Assembly: GCA_046349595.1 (NCBI GenBank)
Contig: JAXMCA010000002.1
Location: 102,827 to 166,826 of the forward strand
Direction: 5' to 3'
Origin: Planctomycetota bacterium
GTDB taxonomy: Bacteria > Planctomycetota > UBA1135 > UBA2386
Length of the DNA stretch: 64,000 nt
Made by a program: the position numbers and the translations under genes
Shown here: in pieces, positions 61,827 to 64,000 of the stretch
How positions within the stretch are numbered: the first letter of the stretch is position 1
How the letters are laid out: each line of letters starts with the position of its first letter
Notes under the pieces: generated by a model
Seen by the model: the letters and a program-made list of their open reading frames with translations, nothing else
Database searches by the model: none
Told to the model about the DNA's origin: nothing

Positions 61827-63260
61827 GTGGCTCCGATGTCCCCTGTCTGCCGATCGCTCGTCTTCTGCTGTTCCGCCGCGTTGTTCGCGTGCACGAGCTA
61901 CCGACCCTCGCCGCTCGACACCGATGCGCTGCTCGCCGGGATCCGCGCCGTGCGACCGAGCCCCGAGCCTCAGGACGGCCTCGACCTCGCGACCGCCGCG
62001 ATCTGGCTGAGCGACAGCTCACCGATCGTGCGCGAGAGCATCGCGCGTTTCCGGTCGCGGGCCGCACGTGCGAAGGTGTCCGCCGCGTGGCCCGATCCCG
62101 AGATCCGCTTCGGTCCGCAGTGGGCATCGGGTTCGGCGCTCGACGGCGCGAAGCTGACCGCCTTCGCCGACCTCTCCCTGCGCATTCCGCTCGGCGCACG
62201 GATCGCCGCGGCTCAGGACCTCGACTCCGCCCGTGCGGAGGTCGCACGCCTCGATGCGATCCTGGCGCTTCGCGAGGAGCAGCTCCTGCTGCGATCCGAC
62301 TGGACCCTCGCCGCGCTCGCGCGTCAGCGCAGCGGACTCGCGCACGACCTCGAGACGCTGGCCCAGCGCTCCGTGCAGCTCGGCGAGGCCATGGTGCAGG
62401 CCGGTGGATTCGCCGCGGGCGAGCTCGAGGCGCTCCGCGTCGAAGCCGCCACACGTTCGGCCGACGTGTACGGCGAAGAGCTCGCGCAGGTCGAGCGGGA
62501 TCGCGCCCTCGCACTGCGCCTCGGGGTCGATGTCGCAAGGGTCGAGCGCCTGCGCGGCGATCTGCCGCAGGCGCCTTCGGAGACTCCCGACGCGGCGTCG
62601 CTCGCCGGCCTCGCCGCAGCCCATCGCCCCGCGTTGATCCGCCTGCGCGGCGAGTACCAGCTCGCCGAACGTCGCCTCCGTCTCGAGATCGAGAAGCAGT
62701 GGCCGGATCTCGTGCTCGCGCCCTCGTTGAGCGACGAGCCCGGCGAGGACAAGAGCGTCTTCGCGCTCGGCATCGGCCTGTCGCTCCCGTTGTTCGACCG
62801 CAACGCGAAGGGCGTCGCCGAGGCCGATGCCGAACGCGACGAGTACCGCGAGCGCTACGCGACGGAGCTGCGGCGCACGCTGACCGTGCTCGACGGCGAC
62901 CTGGCCGCGATCGCATCCGCACGCCGGCGGCAGGCGTCGATCGAGGATGGCCTTCTTCCCGCCGCGACCCGCGCGGTCGAACTCGCGCGACGCACGGCCG
63001 ATGCCGGATCGGGTGACGCGCTGCACCTGCTCGACGCGATGCGCTCGCTGGCCCGCGCACGCTTCGCCGCCCTCGACGCCCGGACCGCGACGCTGCGCGC
63101 ATGGTTCGCGCTGGAGCAGGACGTCGGAGTGCCGCTGCTGGTCTTCGATCCGTCACCGCCGCCCGCCGCCCTGCCCGTGGTCCTGCAAACACCCGTCTCC
63201 GACCACACCGCCCGCGCCGTCGCACCTGCGACCGTCCCCGCCGCCGAGGAACGCCGATGA
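61827..63260 (+). CDS. TolC-like outer-membrane efflux protein (OEP family), lipoprotein
   Basis: Lipobox (LFACTS) and two OEP-type helical/coiled-coil repeats. Confidence 0.7.
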   Translation: MAPMSPVCRSLVFCCSAALFACTSYRPSPLDTDALLAGIRAVRPSPEPQDGLDLATAAIWLSDSSPIVRESIARFRSRAARAKVSAAWPDPEIRFGPQWASGSALDGAKLTAFADLSLRIPLGARIAAAQDLDSARAEVARLDAILALREEQLLLRSDWTLAALARQRSGLAHDLETLAQRSVQLGEAMVQAGGFAAGELEALRVEAATRSADVYGEELAQVERDRALALRLGVDVARVERLRGDLPQAPSETPDAASLAGLAAAHRPALIRLRGEYQLAERRLRLEIEKQWPDLVLAPSLSDEPGEDKSVFALGIGLSLPLFDRNAKGVAEADAERDEYRERYATELRRTLTVLDGDLAAIASARRRQASIEDGLLPAATRAVELARRTADAGSGDALHLLDAMRSLARARFAALDARTATLRAWFALEQDVGVPLLVFDPSPPPAALPVVLQTPVSDHTARAVAPATVPAAEERR

Positions 63261-64000
63261 AACTGCACGTCGCACCACTGCTTCTCGCCCTGTCCTGTTC
63301 GGCGCTCGGACTCGCCACCGGGCTCTGGTTGATCCCTCATCACGAGCACACGCCCCCGACCGGAGCCGCGGCGGATCCGAACGAGGAGACGCACTACGAC
63401 GCCGCGACCGTGGAGAGCCTCGGCATCGCGACCACCTCGCTGGTGCGCGGGACCTTCCGCATCGAGCGAGCCATCGCGGCGACCGTCGACGACCTGCCGA
63501 CCGCGCGACGCGAACTGCACGCTCCGATCGGCGGGATCGTGCTCGAGGTCGCCGCGCACGCCGGCACCACCGTGCCGCCGGGCAGCGTGCTGTTGCGCAT
63601 GCAGCGCGCCGCGATCCCACCGGTGCGACTGGAACTCACGCGCGAACACGTCTTCCCGAACCACGACGAGATCCACGCCGCCTTCGGTGCGCTGCGCAGC
63701 GCCGAGATCGCACTCGCCACCGATCGCGACGAAGTCGAACGACTGCGCGCGCTGGAGAGCGCGACCGAGGACGCGCCGCTGCTCCCGCGCCAACGGGCGA
63801 TCGAGCTCGGCTACGCGATGAGGCGCAACGAGGCCGCTGCGCAGCAGGCACGTCACGAGCTCGAACGCCACGGCTTCACCGAGGAGCAGATCGAAGCGGT
63901 GCTCTCCGACCGCGAGGCGGCGCTGTTCGACGGCGCGCACGCACGCCGCGCACTCCAGCACGCCGGGATGTGGAGCGACGCGGCGCAGGCGCTGCTCGAT
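63257..64000 (+). CDS. Efflux periplasmic adaptor (membrane fusion protein, HlyD/RND family), 5' partial
   Basis: ATG overlaps the TolC-like TGA (ATGA). N-terminal TM (MKLHVAPLLLALSCSALGLATGLWLI), a biotinyl/lipoyl-like segment (…LHAPIGGIVLEV…VPPGSVLLRMQ) and coiled-coil. Runs off the window end. Confidence 0.6.
   Translation, partial: MKLHVAPLLLALSCSALGLATGLWLIPHHEHTPPTGAAADPNEETHYDAATVESLGIATTSLVRGTFRIERAIAATVDDLPTARRELHAPIGGIVLEVAAHAGTTVPPGSVLLRMQRAAIPPVRLELTREHVFPNHDEIHAAFGALRSAEIALATDRDEVERLRALESATEDAPLLPRQRAIELGYAMRRNEAAAQQARHELERHGFTEEQIEAVLSDREAALFDGAHARRALQHAGMWSDAAQALLD

Overview
This is a high-GC (~70%) bacterial chromosomal segment with dense, mostly operonic coding and no rRNA, tRNA, CRISPR or transposase signal that I could detect. 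The gene content suggests a Gemmatimonadota-, Planctomycetota- or Myxococcota-like organism, but that is uncertain. Supporting markers are a DUF1553/DUF1501 pair, a giant PVC-type DUF1080-dehydrogenase-cytochrome c protein, a Ser/Thr kinase with an ECF sigma factor, and a Sec-type clade II nosZ cluster. About half of the six-frame ORFs are Arg/Gly/Asp-rich antisense artefacts typical of high-GC DNA and were discarded. Coordinates of internal starts were computed from the ORF track by residue counting and may be off by a codon.

Real genes, in order: a partial CDS at the 5' end, Hsp33 and TRAP DctQM with no DctP. Then a hemerythrin-domain protein, a ROK kinase coupled to a secreted unknown protein, a lipoprotein, a 1100-aa Ser/Thr kinase with TPR repeats convergent with an ECF sigma factor, and a PAS-GGDEF cyclase. 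Next come DUF1553+DUF1501 and an alpha/beta hydrolase, divergent from a membrane-anchored thioredoxin that has an in-frame TGA where the first CxxC cysteine should be (a putative UxxC selenoprotein with a downstream SECIS-like hairpin).

Then SRPBCC, DUF2071, a GDSL hydrolase, a membrane protein, exonuclease I (sbcB), a CBM9/DUF5916 outer-membrane protein, a thioesterase, class I fumarase, a Kv-type K+ channel, and PepSY-TM coupled to an ApbE-DUF2271 fusion (an extracytosolic flavinylation module). These are followed by a DUF3365 CxxCH lipoprotein, a membrane protein with a wHTH regulator, ispH, NfeD-flotillin, an ATL/MGMT-like protein, the DUF1080-dehydrogenase-cytochrome c giant with an NHL propeller, and a periplasmic thiol-redox/peptidase C45 trio.

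Further on, a fused methylmalonyl-CoA-mutase-family enzyme is translationally coupled to a prenyltransferase/squalene-oxidase-repeat protein. Then DUF3465, DUF3052, two secreted proteins sharing a C-terminal domain that ends in LVQ, a pentapeptide-repeat protein and a PIG-L deacetylase. The window closes with a complete clade II nos cluster (cytochrome c-nosZ-nosD-nosF-nosL-nosY plus an extra membrane protein) and the start of a metal/RND-type efflux locus (membrane protein, Cys/His-rich secreted protein, TolC-like OMF, partial MFP).
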